Shown one piece after another: positions 17,152-25,966 of a DNA stretch of 36,325 bases. The DNA comes from Deltaproteobacteria bacterium (GTDB lineage Bacteria > Myxococcota > JACRCW01). The notes under the pieces were generated by a model, which worked only from the letters and a program-made list of their open reading frames with translations, had not been told where the DNA came from and did no database searches. Every line of letters begins with the position of its first letter. Within the stretch, counting starts at the first letter, position 1. A program made the position numbers and the translations under genes. Location: positions 1-36,325 of the forward strand of contig JACRCW010000123.1 of assembly GCA_016218805.1 (NCBI GenBank), read 5' to 3'.

Positions 17152-18716
17152 TTGGAGAGCTCCGCCATCCAGCGCTGCGCGCGCTCCGTCGTGGCGGCGT
17201 CCTTGTCGCGCCCGTTGGAGGCCAGGAAGCGCTGGTAATACGACATGGCGGACTGGCGGTCGCCACTGAGGCGGTACACCTCCGCCATGCCGAAGTACGG
17301 GCTGGACAGCGTCGCGTCGAAGGTGAGCGCCTTGTTGTATTCGCTCACGGCGCGCCGGTAGTCCCGCAACGACACGAACACGGTGCCTCGCGCCACGTAG
17401 CAGAGCGCAAAATCCTGCCGGTAGCGCAGCGCCTCGTCGAACGAAGCCAGTGCACCCACATAATCGTGGTTGGCCATCTTCTGCGCGCCCTTGTTGAACG
17501 CGGCCTCGGCCAGCTCAAAGGACTGGTCACCCGCGGCGCGTGCCGCGGCTCCCAGGCGGGAACGCGCGCGTTCCAGGTTCTGCTTGGCCGCGGTGTTGTT
17601 CGGGTTGAGGTAGAGGACGCGCTCAAAGGCCGCCGTGGCGCCCCCAAAGTCCCCGGCCTGCGCGCTCCCCAGCCCCAGCTTGAAGAACGCCTCCTCGCTG
17701 CGCGGGTCCTGCTCAATGGCGTGGCGGTAAGCGCCCAGCGCCTTGGGGAAGTTCTTGGCGCCCAGGTATGCGTCGCCGTCCTTGAGGGACTGCTTGGCCG
17801 CCTGCTGGCCGTCCGGCGTCGCCGGGGCGCTGGTGGGCGGCGGGAGTGGCTGCGCGGCGGGTGCTGCGGGTTCCGCCTGCGCCGGTGTGGCGGGTTGCGG
17901 TTGCGCGGCGGGCTGCGGCTGCGCGGCGGGCTGCGGCTGCGCAGCGGGCTGCGGCTGCGCGGCGGGCTGCGGCTGCGCGGCGGGCTGCGGCTGCGCGGCG
18001 GGCTGCGGCTGCGCGGCGGGCTGTGGCTGTGCGGCAGGCTGTGGCTGTGCGGCAGGCTGTGGCTGCGCGGCGGGCTGTGGCTGCGCGGCGGGCTGTGGCT
18101 GCGCAGCGGGCTGTGGCTGCGCAGCAGGCTTGGCCGCCGGCGGCGGAGCTGCAGCCAGCTCCTTGAGCTCCTTTTCAATCTTCTCCATCGATGCGCGGGC
18201 CTTCTGCACCCACTCCTGCTCCGTCGGCCGCTTCTCGAGTTCGATGTAGCGCTTGTAATCGCCCACCGCCTCCTTCTTCATGCCTGCCGCCACCTCGCTC
18301 TCCGCCAGACCGAAGTACCCGTCCGGGTCACGCGGCTTGATCTGCGTGTAGACGCGGTAGTTCTCCACCGCCTCCGGAAACCGCCCCGCCTTCCGCAGCG
18401 CATAGGCAAAGTTGTAACGCGCGCTGCCGTCGTTGGGCCGCAGCTGCACCGCCGTGTAGAACGCATCCGCCGCGGGGGTGTAACGGTCGCGGTTGAACTC
18501 CAACTCGCCCAGCGCCATGGCCGCTTCAAAGAATGACGGGTCCGCCTTGAGCGCTTCCGCGTAGCCCGCCGCCGCACCGTCAGCGTTGGACCCGGCCAGC
18601 CCATCCGCCTTCTGCTTGGCTGCCTGCGCCGCCGGGTTCTTGCTCTGCGCCTGCGCCGTTGGCACCGCGACAACCAGCGACAGCACCAGGCACACCACCC
18701 ATTCACGACCCACCAT
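17148..18716 (-). CDS. Secreted TPR protein: two TPR blocks separated by (AAQPQP)13
   Basis: GGAGG then ATG 18716; signal peptide ending AQA; multiple canonical TPRs. Confidence 0.88.
   Translation of the reverse strand: MVGREWVVCLVLSLVVAVPTAQAQSKNPAAQAAKQKADGLAGSNADGAAAGYAEALKADPSFFEAAMALGELEFNRDRYTPAADAFYTAVQLRPNDGSARYNFAYALRKAGRFPEAVENYRVYTQIKPRDPDGYFGLAESEVAAGMKKEAVGDYKRYIELEKRPTEQEWVQKARASMEKIEKELKELAAAPPPAAKPAAQPQPAAQPQPAAQPQPAAQPQPAAQPQPAAQPQPAAQPQPAAQPQPAAQPQPAAQPQPAAQPQPAAQPQPAAQPQPATPAQAEPAAPAAQPLPPPTSAPATPDGQQAAKQSLKDGDAYLGAKNFPKALGAYRHAIEQDPRSEEAFFKLGLGSAQAGDFGGATAAFERVLYLNPNNTAAKQNLERARSRLGAAARAAGDQSFELAEAAFNKGAQKMANHDYVGALASFDEALRYRQDFALCYVARGTVFVSLRDYRRAVSEYNKALTFDATLSSPYFGMAEVYRLSGDRQSAMSYYQRFLASNGRDKDAATTERAQRWMAELSK
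17892..18125 (-). repeat. 18-bp tandem repeat x13 (in-frame VNTR, AAQPQP)
   Basis: 234 bp of the GGGCTG(C/T)GGCTGCGCGGC unit with synonymous variants. Confidence 0.95.
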
Positions 18717-18787
18717 GGCCCGCCTCCACGTACCCGCGAGGAGGTGGTGAATCGTCCATCCCGCGCCCCGTGTAAAGGGAACGCGTG

Positions 18788-18850
18788 CCTCCCCCCCACC
18801 CGCCTCGGCGCCGGGCGCCGAGGCGACCTCCCCCCGCAAGCGGGGGGAGG
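18788..18850 (-). repeat. Two-hairpin dispersed repeat, copy A
   Basis: Reverse complement: CCTCCCCCCGCTTGCGGGGGGAGG-T-CGCCTCGGCGC-CCG-GCGCCGAGGCG-GGTGGGGGG. Confidence 0.85.
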
Positions 18851-18854
18851 CGTG

Positions 18855-19484
18855 TCAGGCCGTCACTTGGGACGTCGTCACCAGGCGCACGCCGCGCCCG
18901 CGCAGGTCCGCCAGCACCTTCTCACCGTCCGCCTGAACCACCGCCGCCACCGCGTCCGTCACCAGTTCCACCTCGCCCACACCCAGGCCCAGCAGGCCCT
19001 CGCATGCCGCCTTCACGCAGTAGTCCGTCGCCACGCCAAACACAGTGAACGTGGGCCGCTCCCTGGCCGCCCCTGCCAGCTGCCGCAGCACCGGCTCCGC
19101 CATGGGGTTGGCAAACAGGCTGTACACCTCCTTTTCAAAGTACAGCGCGCCCCAACCCGCCGGCGGGTGCACCTCATGCCGCGTATTGGGAACAAAATAC
19201 GCCCTTTCCGCCAGCGTCCCCGCCACCTTCAGCCAGCCAGCCGTGCCTTTCACGCAATGCGGCGGGAACGGGCCGGGCTTGCCGTCCGTGATGTTGGTGT
19301 TGAATTCCCACGCATTGAACGCGTGGCTGTCCACGCTGCCCACCAGGGGAATCCCCGTCTTTCCGGCGTGGCGCACCAGCGCGCGGCAGCGGTCCATCAC
19401 CGCCGGCGCCCCGCTGACAAACAGCGCGCCCTGCGGCTCGCAGAAGTCCACCTGCGTGTCCACGTCCACCAGGATCCGGTACAT
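18855..19484 (-). CDS. pncA: Nicotinamidase (isochorismatase family)
   Basis: VDTQVDF..GAL, DSH, PPHCVKGT, FEK, GVATDYCV; strong AAGGAGGAGG RBS; downstream of pncB. Confidence 0.88.
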   Translation of the reverse strand: MYRILVDVDTQVDFCEPQGALFVSGAPAVMDRCRALVRHAGKTGIPLVGSVDSHAFNAWEFNTNITDGKPGPFPPHCVKGTAGWLKVAGTLAERAYFVPNTRHEVHPPAGWGALYFEKEVYSLFANPMAEPVLRQLAGAARERPTFTVFGVATDYCVKAACEGLLGLGVGEVELVTDAVAAVVQADGEKVLADLRGRGVRLVTTSQVTA

Positions 19485-19499
19485 GACCTCCTCCTTTCG

Positions 19500-20840
19500 T
19501 CAGCGCGCCGCAAGACGCGCGCGCGCTTCCTCCGTTGCCTGCTTCACGCCAGCGCTCATCCGCACCGGGAAGGCCGGCTGCGGCTCAGCCCCCAGGTCCT
19601 TCAAGGTGTCCGTCAGCTCCGCCAGCCCCGCCAACGCGTGCGCCCGCGTGTCCGCCAGCGCCGGCGGGTTGCCCACCGCGCGCCCGCGCTCCACCAGCGG
19701 CCGCAGCAGCGGGCGCAGGCCGTCCATCCGTTCGCCTTCCAGGCCAATGACGTCTTCCACCATCCGCCCGCCGTCCACGCGGCGGTACACCTGGTGCACG
19801 CCCGCCAGCGTACCCTTGTTGGCCGAAAACTTGGCCACGCCACGCCCCGCCGCATGGTCCTGCGTCACCTTGTAGACCGCTCCCAGCGTGGGCGCGTCCG
19901 CGCTGGCAGACAGCTCCGTGCCCACCGCGTACACGTCAATGGGCGCGCGGGCCGCCCGCAGCGCCGCCACCCGCGTCTCCTCCAGGTCCCCGCTGGCGAC
20001 AATTTTCACGCGCTGGAAACCCCGCGAATCCAGCAGCGCGCGCGCCCCGCGCGACAATTGCAGCAAATCCCCGCTGTCCAGCCGCACGCCCCCCAGCGCC
20101 GGGCCCGCGGCCTCCATGGCGCGCTCCACGCCCCGCAGCGTGTCATACGTGTCCACCAGCAGCGTCACGTTCTGCCCAAACAGCCGCGCCTGCGCGCGGA
20201 ATGCCTCGATTTCGCTGTCATGCACCATGACAAACGCGTGCGCCATGGTCCCCGTCAGGTTCAATCCAAACCGCTGCCCCGCCGCCACGTTGCTGGTTGC
20301 CTCAAACCCCAGCATGGCCGCCGCCAGGGACGCGCTGACGGACGCGTCCGGGTGCACCCGCCGCATCCCAAACTCCACCAACGTCCCGTCCCCCGCCGCC
20401 AGCCGCAGCCGCGCCGCCTTGGACGCCACGGACGCCGCCTGGTTGAACACGCTGAGCAGGTAGGTCTCCAGCAACTGCGCCTCCAGCACCGGCGCCGTCA
20501 CCCGCAACACCGGCTCGTCCGGGAAGAACACCGTGCCGTCCGCCATGGCGCTCACGTCACCCGTGAACCGCAGCGCGGCCAGCCGCTCCTCCACCGCCGG
20601 CGTCCAGATCTTTGCCAGCACCGGGACCGCGCGCAGGTAGCGCAGGTCCTCCTCCGTGAACCGCCAATCAGCCAGCGCCTCCGCCACCTCCCGCATCCCC
20701 GCCACCACCATGAACCGCCGGTTGCGCGGCAGCCGCCGCGTGAACATCTCGCAACTCACCATGCGGTCCGCCCGGCCCTCCCGGATGTATGAGGCGCCCA
20801 TTGTCAGCGCGTACAGGTCGGTGAACATCGCTCGGGACAT
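19500..20840 (-). CDS. pncB: Nicotinate phosphoribosyltransferase
   Basis: FTDLYALTM, EFGMRR, TSNV, GTMAH, LVDTYD, GVRLDSGD, ASGDL, VYK; GGAGG RBS before ATG 20840. Confidence 0.95.
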   Translation of the reverse strand: MSRAMFTDLYALTMGASYIREGRADRMVSCEMFTRRLPRNRRFMVVAGMREVAEALADWRFTEEDLRYLRAVPVLAKIWTPAVEERLAALRFTGDVSAMADGTVFFPDEPVLRVTAPVLEAQLLETYLLSVFNQAASVASKAARLRLAAGDGTLVEFGMRRVHPDASVSASLAAAMLGFEATSNVAAGQRFGLNLTGTMAHAFVMVHDSEIEAFRAQARLFGQNVTLLVDTYDTLRGVERAMEAAGPALGGVRLDSGDLLQLSRGARALLDSRGFQRVKIVASGDLEETRVAALRAARAPIDVYAVGTELSASADAPTLGAVYKVTQDHAAGRGVAKFSANKGTLAGVHQVYRRVDGGRMVEDVIGLEGERMDGLRPLLRPLVERGRAVGNPPALADTRAHALAGLAELTDTLKDLGAEPQPAFPVRMSAGVKQATEEARARLAAR

Positions 20841-20852
20841 GGTGACCTCCAG

Positions 20853-20873
20853 TTGGTGTAATAATAACAATAA
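20853..20873. promoter_or_regulatory. Putative NrtR operator
   Basis: AT-rich 21-bp imperfect palindrome TTGGT-GT-AATAATA-AC-AATAA (GT-N7-AC core) adjoining the pncB RBS in otherwise very GC-rich DNA. Confidence 0.7.
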
Positions 20874-21183
20874 GTGGGGAGCCGCGCAAGGGCCGCGGGG
20901 CGCGCGCGGGATCCGGCGGCCATAGCAGGAGGGAAAAGCGTGTGGCGATACCGGGTTGCGTACGCGGGCGCGCGCGGGTTGGCATCATTGGGAGGTGACG
21001 TCCGCCCCACGCGCTGTGCTCGCTGCATCTGTGGAGCCGATGATGGCTGCGAGCGTGCGGGAATGGGCGTCTGGATCCTGCGTCAGCGTCGGCGTTGTGC
21101 AGTTGCGCTCGGCGGCACGCCCCGCGCTTCCGGGTATTGACTGCGGCTTGACCGGCCGCCGGCTTCTCTCTAACTGCGCACGC

Positions 21184-22443
21184 ATGGTGACCCAGGGTCC
21201 AAGGCTCAACCCATTCCAACCGGATGCTCCGGCGCGCGCGTCCATCTTCTCCGGACGAACTCCGGAACTGAAGAGCATTGAGACCGCCATTGTGGACACC
21301 CTGCGGGGACACCCTTCGCACGTGTTGATTGTGGGCGAGAGGGGGATGGGCAAGACCTCCCTGGCCAGGTACGTGGAGAACTTGGCGCAGTCCCCGGCCG
21401 TGTGGGGTGCGGCGGGTGTCGATGTAGGGCCGGCGGTACTTTTTGTTTCACTTGGCTTTTCGGCCACCATCCCGGACGCATGCGCCGCCATTCTTTCCGA
21501 GGCCTACCGCTGGGCACAGCAGCGTGGGCCGTCCATGGTGACGTGGTTCCAGAACGAACTGTCCAAACTGGAAGGTGTTTCGGTTGGGTTTTTTGGGGTC
21601 ACCGCGGCCGTGAAGGCGGGAGGGAACACGCTTCCGTGGGCGTTCCCGGGCGCGTTGGAGAGCTTTGTCCAGCGCAGTGAAAAAGCCGCAAGCGGTTTGG
21701 TCATCATCCTTGACGAGACAGAGTCCATTGCGGCGGACCCGCAATTTGCGCCGTTCATCAAGAGCCTCCTGGAGACGTTGGGACAACGCCGTGTCAACAC
21801 GGTGCAACTGGTGGTCACCGCCACGCCAGAAGGGCGGGACAGGATGAACAGCGCGCACCCGTCGTTCTCGCGTCTGTTCCGCCCGCTCAATGTTGGCCGC
21901 CTGGCAGACAGCGAGGTGCGAGTCCTGGTGCACAAGGCGCTGCAGGAGGGGTGGCCCAAGAAGACTGCGGACGAGGCGTTCCTGAGCAGCATGTGTGTGT
22001 TTGCCTCTGGGATTCCCGGTTTTGTGCATGAGATTGGAAAGGCCACTTTTGACGTTGACACAGACAACCACCTGACCGAGGCCGATTTCACCCAGGGTGT
22101 CATCGGGACGGACCAGGTTGTGGGGGCGATGGACGTGCTGGAGCAGAAGCACTTCATGGAGCGGTACTCAAAGAAGGTGCTCAGCAACAGCTATAGGGAG
22201 GTCCTGCACGCAATGGCCCTTGCCGAGCGCGACCTCAAGCGCGCAGAGATACCAACTGAGGAGATCCGCAAGCGGTGCCCCACGGTGACCCAGCCAGGCC
22301 CCTACCTTGCCAACATGGTCAAGCGTGGCGTGATTTCACGCGTAGACGGCAAGCGGGGCACCTATCAATTGCCAGACCGGATGTTTTACGCGTTCCTGCT
22401 GTTGGGTGGAACACGGCGCTCCAGAAAAGCAGCCCACCTCTGA
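21184..22443 (+). CDS. Stand-alone P-loop ATPase (AAA_16 / archaeal-ATPase, STAND-like) with probable C-terminal winged HTH
   Basis: NPFQP..IFSGR..E, Walker A GERGMGKT, Walker B VIILDE, GIPGF, YLANMVKRGVI....GTYQL. The ORF track's start at 20956 is probably over-extended. Confidence 0.82.
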   Translation: MVTQGPRLNPFQPDAPARASIFSGRTPELKSIETAIVDTLRGHPSHVLIVGERGMGKTSLARYVENLAQSPAVWGAAGVDVGPAVLFVSLGFSATIPDACAAILSEAYRWAQQRGPSMVTWFQNELSKLEGVSVGFFGVTAAVKAGGNTLPWAFPGALESFVQRSEKAASGLVIILDETESIAADPQFAPFIKSLLETLGQRRVNTVQLVVTATPEGRDRMNSAHPSFSRLFRPLNVGRLADSEVRVLVHKALQEGWPKKTADEAFLSSMCVFASGIPGFVHEIGKATFDVDTDNHLTEADFTQGVIGTDQVVGAMDVLEQKHFMERYSKKVLSNSYREVLHAMALAERDLKRAEIPTEEIRKRCPTVTQPGPYLANMVKRGVISRVDGKRGTYQLPDRMFYAFLLLGGTRRSRKAAHL

Positions 22444-22547
22444 CTGAATGACGGGGCGCGCTCGACGTGACGGGGAGATCCGCCTTGACCTCCCCTCCCA
22501 TGGAAGGTAGCCGGGCGCTGACCGGGGGCTCTTCAAGGGATGGCCGT

Positions 22548-23339
22548 ATGCAGCACGGAGCGTGGCGTGCGGGCGTGGTGATGGCGGCACTGGCCCTGGC
22601 GGCCGGGTGTCAGGACAAGGAACTGGCGGCGCGGGTCAAGCAGCTGGAAGAGGACAACGGGCGGCTGCGCAATGAGGTGACCAAGGCGCAGACGGATGCC
22701 GCGCGCGCGCGCAGTGACCTGGCGCGCCGCGACAGCGAGTTGCAGGGCGTCCGCAAGCAGCTTGAACAGCGGCAGACGGAGGAGGCCATGCACCAGCTGG
22801 GCGTGAAAGCGGGCGAAAAGCTCTACGCGACCTTCAAGACGTCCATGGGCGACCTGGTGGCCGAACTGTACTGGGACAAGGTGCCGCTCACCGTGGCCAA
22901 CTTTGTGGGGCTGGCGGAAGGGACCAAGGAATGGACCGACCCGCGCAGCGGCAAGAAAGAGAAGAAACCCCTCTATTCCGGCACCATCTTCCACCGGGTA
23001 ATTCCCGATTTCATGATCCAGGCGGGGGACCCGCTGGGCAACGGCACTGGCGGTCCCGGCTACCGCTTTTCGGACGAGTTCCACGCTGACCTCAAGCACA
23101 CCGGCCCCGGCATATTGTCCATGGCCAACTCCGGGCCCAACACCAACGGCAGCCAGTTCTTCATCACGGAGAAGGCGACGCCGTGGCTGGACAACAAGCA
23201 CAGCGTGTTTGGGAAGGTGACGGAGGGCGCGGACCTGGTGGGCAAGATTGCGCGCGTCCCGGCCGGGCCCAACAACAAGCCCGCCACCGACGTGGTACTG
23301 CAGAAGGTGCTCATCGGGCGCGGCAGCCCGAAGAAGTGA
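22548..23339 (+). CDS. Cyclophilin-type peptidyl-prolyl isomerase with lipoprotein signal and coiled coil
   Basis: Lipobox LAAGC; heptad-rich segment; FHRVIPDFMIQAGDP, SMANSGPNTNGSQFFIT, WLDNKHSVFG. Confidence 0.95.
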   Translation: MQHGAWRAGVVMAALALAAGCQDKELAARVKQLEEDNGRLRNEVTKAQTDAARARSDLARRDSELQGVRKQLEQRQTEEAMHQLGVKAGEKLYATFKTSMGDLVAELYWDKVPLTVANFVGLAEGTKEWTDPRSGKKEKKPLYSGTIFHRVIPDFMIQAGDPLGNGTGGPGYRFSDEFHADLKHTGPGILSMANSGPNTNGSQFFITEKATPWLDNKHSVFGKVTEGADLVGKIARVPAGPNNKPATDVVLQKVLIGRGSPKK

Positions 23340-23354
23340 ACCCGGGGTGACGCC

Positions 23355-23933
23355 ATGCCCGTGACTGCCCGCGCCATTGTTGCGGTTGCCGCGCCGGAGC
23401 GCGGTTCTCCCATGCTGCAAGAGCTGGCCCGCGACGTGGGCCGCGCCATCATCAGCCGCGGCCACCACGTGCTCATGAGCGGCGGCGGCGCCATCCTGCA
23501 GGCATGCTGCGAAGGCGCGCAGGAGGAGAAGACCAGCATGCGGCGCCGCGGGAAGTTTGTGGGGGACGCGCCCTCCGTGCTGTTGATGGTGCCCGGCAAC
23601 GGCAAACCGGAGGGTTTTGACGAGGCGGACATGGTGCTGCCCACCGGTCTGGGCGCCGCGGTGCAGACGGTGGTGTGCGCCTCCGCGGATGCGCTCATTG
23701 CGCTGGATGGTGGCGCGTCGGTTTTGGCGCAGGTGGCGTTGGGCTGGGCGCTCCGCAAGCCGCTGGTACTCATGTCCCCAACCGGAACCGCGTTGGAGCA
23801 CCTGGCGGGAGAACGGCTGGACTCCAGCCGGGCCGACATGATCCTCACCGCCGACACGGCGGACCGCGCCGTGGAACTGCTGGGTGACCTGGGCAACCGC
23901 GCCGGGACGCCCAGCAAGCCCGCCCGCAAGTGA
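23355..23933 (+). CDS. SLOG/LOG-superfamily (TIGR00725-like) Rossmannoid protein with degenerate motifs
   Basis: ARDVGRAI..GHHVLMSGG.AILQACCEGA; PTGLG; SADALIALDGG; KPLV. Confidence 0.75.
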   Translation: MPVTARAIVAVAAPERGSPMLQELARDVGRAIISRGHHVLMSGGGAILQACCEGAQEEKTSMRRRGKFVGDAPSVLLMVPGNGKPEGFDEADMVLPTGLGAAVQTVVCASADALIALDGGASVLAQVALGWALRKPLVLMSPTGTALEHLAGERLDSSRADMILTADTADRAVELLGDLGNRAGTPSKPARK

Positions 23934-23946
23934 CCCCGCTGTCGCC

Positions 23947-24050
23947 ACGCGTCAGCTCAGAGTCGCAACGCGTCGCCCCTGCGTCGTCACGCGTCGCCCT
24001 GCGTCGTCACGCGTCGCCCCTGCGTCGTCACGCGTCGCCCCTGCGTCGCC
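23947..24050 (+). repeat. Tandem 20-21-bp repeat: four good copies plus one degenerate
   Basis: ACGCGTCGCCC(C)TGCGTCGTC at 23968, 23989, 24009 and 24030; degenerate copy at 23947. Confidence 0.9.
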
Positions 24051-24107
24051 TCCCCCCTCGTGGGGGAGGCCGGGCGATGCGGAGCATCGCCCGGGTGGGG
24101 GGGGAGG
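24049..24107 (+). repeat. Two-hairpin dispersed repeat, copy B
   Basis: CCTCCCCCCTCGTGGGGGAGG-C-CGGGCGATGC-GGA-GCATCGCCCG-GGTGGGGGG. Confidence 0.85.
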
Positions 24108-24270
24108 CAGCGCGTTGGGAAAGGCCTGCATTCCTCCGGGCCCAATGACAGCCCGCGCGCCGGCCGCCCGCTGCTGACGCGGCGAAAATCCACCGCGGCG
24201 CATTTCACGGCATTCCGGCGCGGCGCGCCCGGACGTGCACGTGGCGGCGGGGGATGCTACGCCAGCGGCC

Positions 24271-24747
24271 ATGGCCAATCCGCTCACACTGCAGCGCGTG
24301 TATGCGTGGTTCTTCATCGGCTTTCACGGCGTGAAGGGCTGGGTCACCCGCGCATTGTCCGGTGGCCGCACGGGCATGGACGTCTTCCGGGAAAACTACC
24401 TGGGTGAGGGCCTGCCCCCCGTCCCACCGCAAGCGCGCCAGATGTACCACCGCTTTGTCCGCTGCACCGGCTGCGGCGCCTGCGACACGGTCTGTCCCAT
24501 TACAGCGACGGCTGACCCGCTGGAGTGGCGTGGTCCCATGGCGGTGGTCATCTCCATGTCACGGGCAGCGCCGCACTACGCGGAGTGCCTGCCCGCGCTG
24601 CGCCTGTTTGACCAATGCGGGAGTTGCCGCGCGTGTGAACAGGTGTGCCCGGAGGCCATTCCGGTCAAGACGGTTGCGCGCTTCATGCGGGATGCGGTTG
24701 ACGAGATTGAACTCGACCGCAGTCGCGCCGAGCGCGCGGCCGGGTGA
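24271..24747 (+). CDS. 4Fe-4S dicluster protein
   Basis: CTGCGACDTVCP and CGSCRACEQVCP. Confidence 0.88.
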   Translation: MANPLTLQRVYAWFFIGFHGVKGWVTRALSGGRTGMDVFRENYLGEGLPPVPPQARQMYHRFVRCTGCGACDTVCPITATADPLEWRGPMAVVISMSRAAPHYAECLPALRLFDQCGSCRACEQVCPEAIPVKTVARFMRDAVDEIELDRSRAERAAG

Positions 24748-24868
24748 TGCCGATTCTGCGCTGGAACGACGTCGTGGCGCCTTGATTCACGGGGCTGGGC
24801 GCGGGTAAGAGCGCCGGCCGCGGGTCGGCGGAAGCGCGCAAGCGCGCGGGGGCTCGAACGGAGGTGTC

Positions 24869-25966
24869 ATGAAGAGGTGGCCGCTGGTGTTGGGGCTGTG
24901 GCTGGGCGTTTCCACTGCGGTGGCGCGGACGGTGACCATCATGCCGTTTGAGCCCGTGGGCGTGACGCAGGAACAAGCGGACATGCTGGACGGCTATTTC
25001 CGTGACGCGGCCGCGCGCCTGCCCGGCGTGGACGTCATGACCTTGGCCACCACCCGGGAACTGCTGGACGAGGCCGCCAAGGGCGGCTGGAAGACGGACC
25101 TGTCACCCACGTCACTGACGCGCCTGACGCCCATGATGAACAGCGAGGCCTACGTGACGGGGCACGTGTCACACGACGCGGTGGGCCTCAAGGCGGTCAT
25201 CCGGCTGGTCCACGCGGGTACCGCCAACGAGGAGAAGCGCACCGAGCGCAGCGTCATTGCGACGGGAACCGATCCGGCCGCAGGCATGCGCTCCGCCGCG
25301 GTGGAACTGCTGCAGCCGGCGCTGTTCCGCGGCGCCATTGACGTGGTGTGCCCGTCACCGGGACTGCAGGTGGTGCTGGGAACGGAAAGCCAGGGCGAAT
25401 GCCGTGATTCCCGCCTGATGAAAGGCCTGGTGCCCGGCAGCCAGACCGTGCGCGTTCGAAAGGACGGGTTTTCCGATGCACAGCGCCGCGTGGAGGTGCT
25501 GTTTGACCGGACCACGGTGGTGCGCGTCCGCGAGACGGCAGGCGGCCTGGTCATTGACGTGGACAGTGAGACGCGCGAGGGCGGCGGGTTCACGGAGCTC
25601 CCCGCGGTGGCAACGACGACACCGGCGGTCCGTCCGGGCGTAGAGGCTACAAAGAAGGCGGGCGGTGGCGTGAGCCCGCTGCTGGTTGCCGGCGCCGCGG
25701 TGGCGGTGGTGGGCGCGCCGGTGATTCTCCTGGGCGTGGTGGCGGCGGTGGCGGCGGGGGCGCTGACGGCCGCGTGGCCACGCTCCAATGGGCGGCCGTC
25801 GCTGCTGCCGTGGGAGGACGACGTGGCCCTGGTGCTTCCCCGCGTCCTGATCACGCTGGCGGTGGTGCCGCTGGGCATGATCATCGCGGTGGCGGGCCTG
25901 GGCCTGGGCGGGGGCGGCATTGGGCTGATGGTGGCGGGTCTGGTGATGAACGGAGGCGGAGAATGA
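24869..25966 (+). CDS. Exported PEGA-like domain protein with C-terminal hydrophobic hairpin
   Basis: GGAGG RBS; signal peptide; LVPGSQTVRVRKDGF; two Gly/Ala-rich hydrophobic segments at the C-terminus. Confidence 0.75.
   Translation: MKRWPLVLGLWLGVSTAVARTVTIMPFEPVGVTQEQADMLDGYFRDAAARLPGVDVMTLATTRELLDEAAKGGWKTDLSPTSLTRLTPMMNSEAYVTGHVSHDAVGLKAVIRLVHAGTANEEKRTERSVIATGTDPAAGMRSAAVELLQPALFRGAIDVVCPSPGLQVVLGTESQGECRDSRLMKGLVPGSQTVRVRKDGFSDAQRRVEVLFDRTTVVRVRETAGGLVIDVDSETREGGGFTELPAVATTTPAVRPGVEATKKAGGGVSPLLVAGAAVAVVGAPVILLGVVAAVAAGALTAAWPRSNGRPSLLPWEDDVALVLPRVLITLAVVPLGMIIAVAGLGLGGGGIGLMVAGLVMNGGGE

Noticed and set aside
17743..18249. (CAAGCG)n Cys-rich ORF resembling a metallothionein or RiPP precursor
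   Set aside because: It is the antisense reading of the AAQPQP repeat inside the TPR gene.
18744..20792. 682-aa plus-strand ORF
   Set aside because: Antisense to the clearly identified pncB and pncA; no motifs.
23947..24050. 21-bp array as a CRISPR or iteron set
   Set aside because: Head-to-tail units without spacers; no cas or rep gene nearby.
18855..24747. pncA/pncB, ATPase, SLOG and Fe-S genes as one NAD-centred defence system
   Set aside because: Divergent orientation, differing composition, an intervening cyclophilin and ordinary-looking salvage genes; no evidence of a functional unit.
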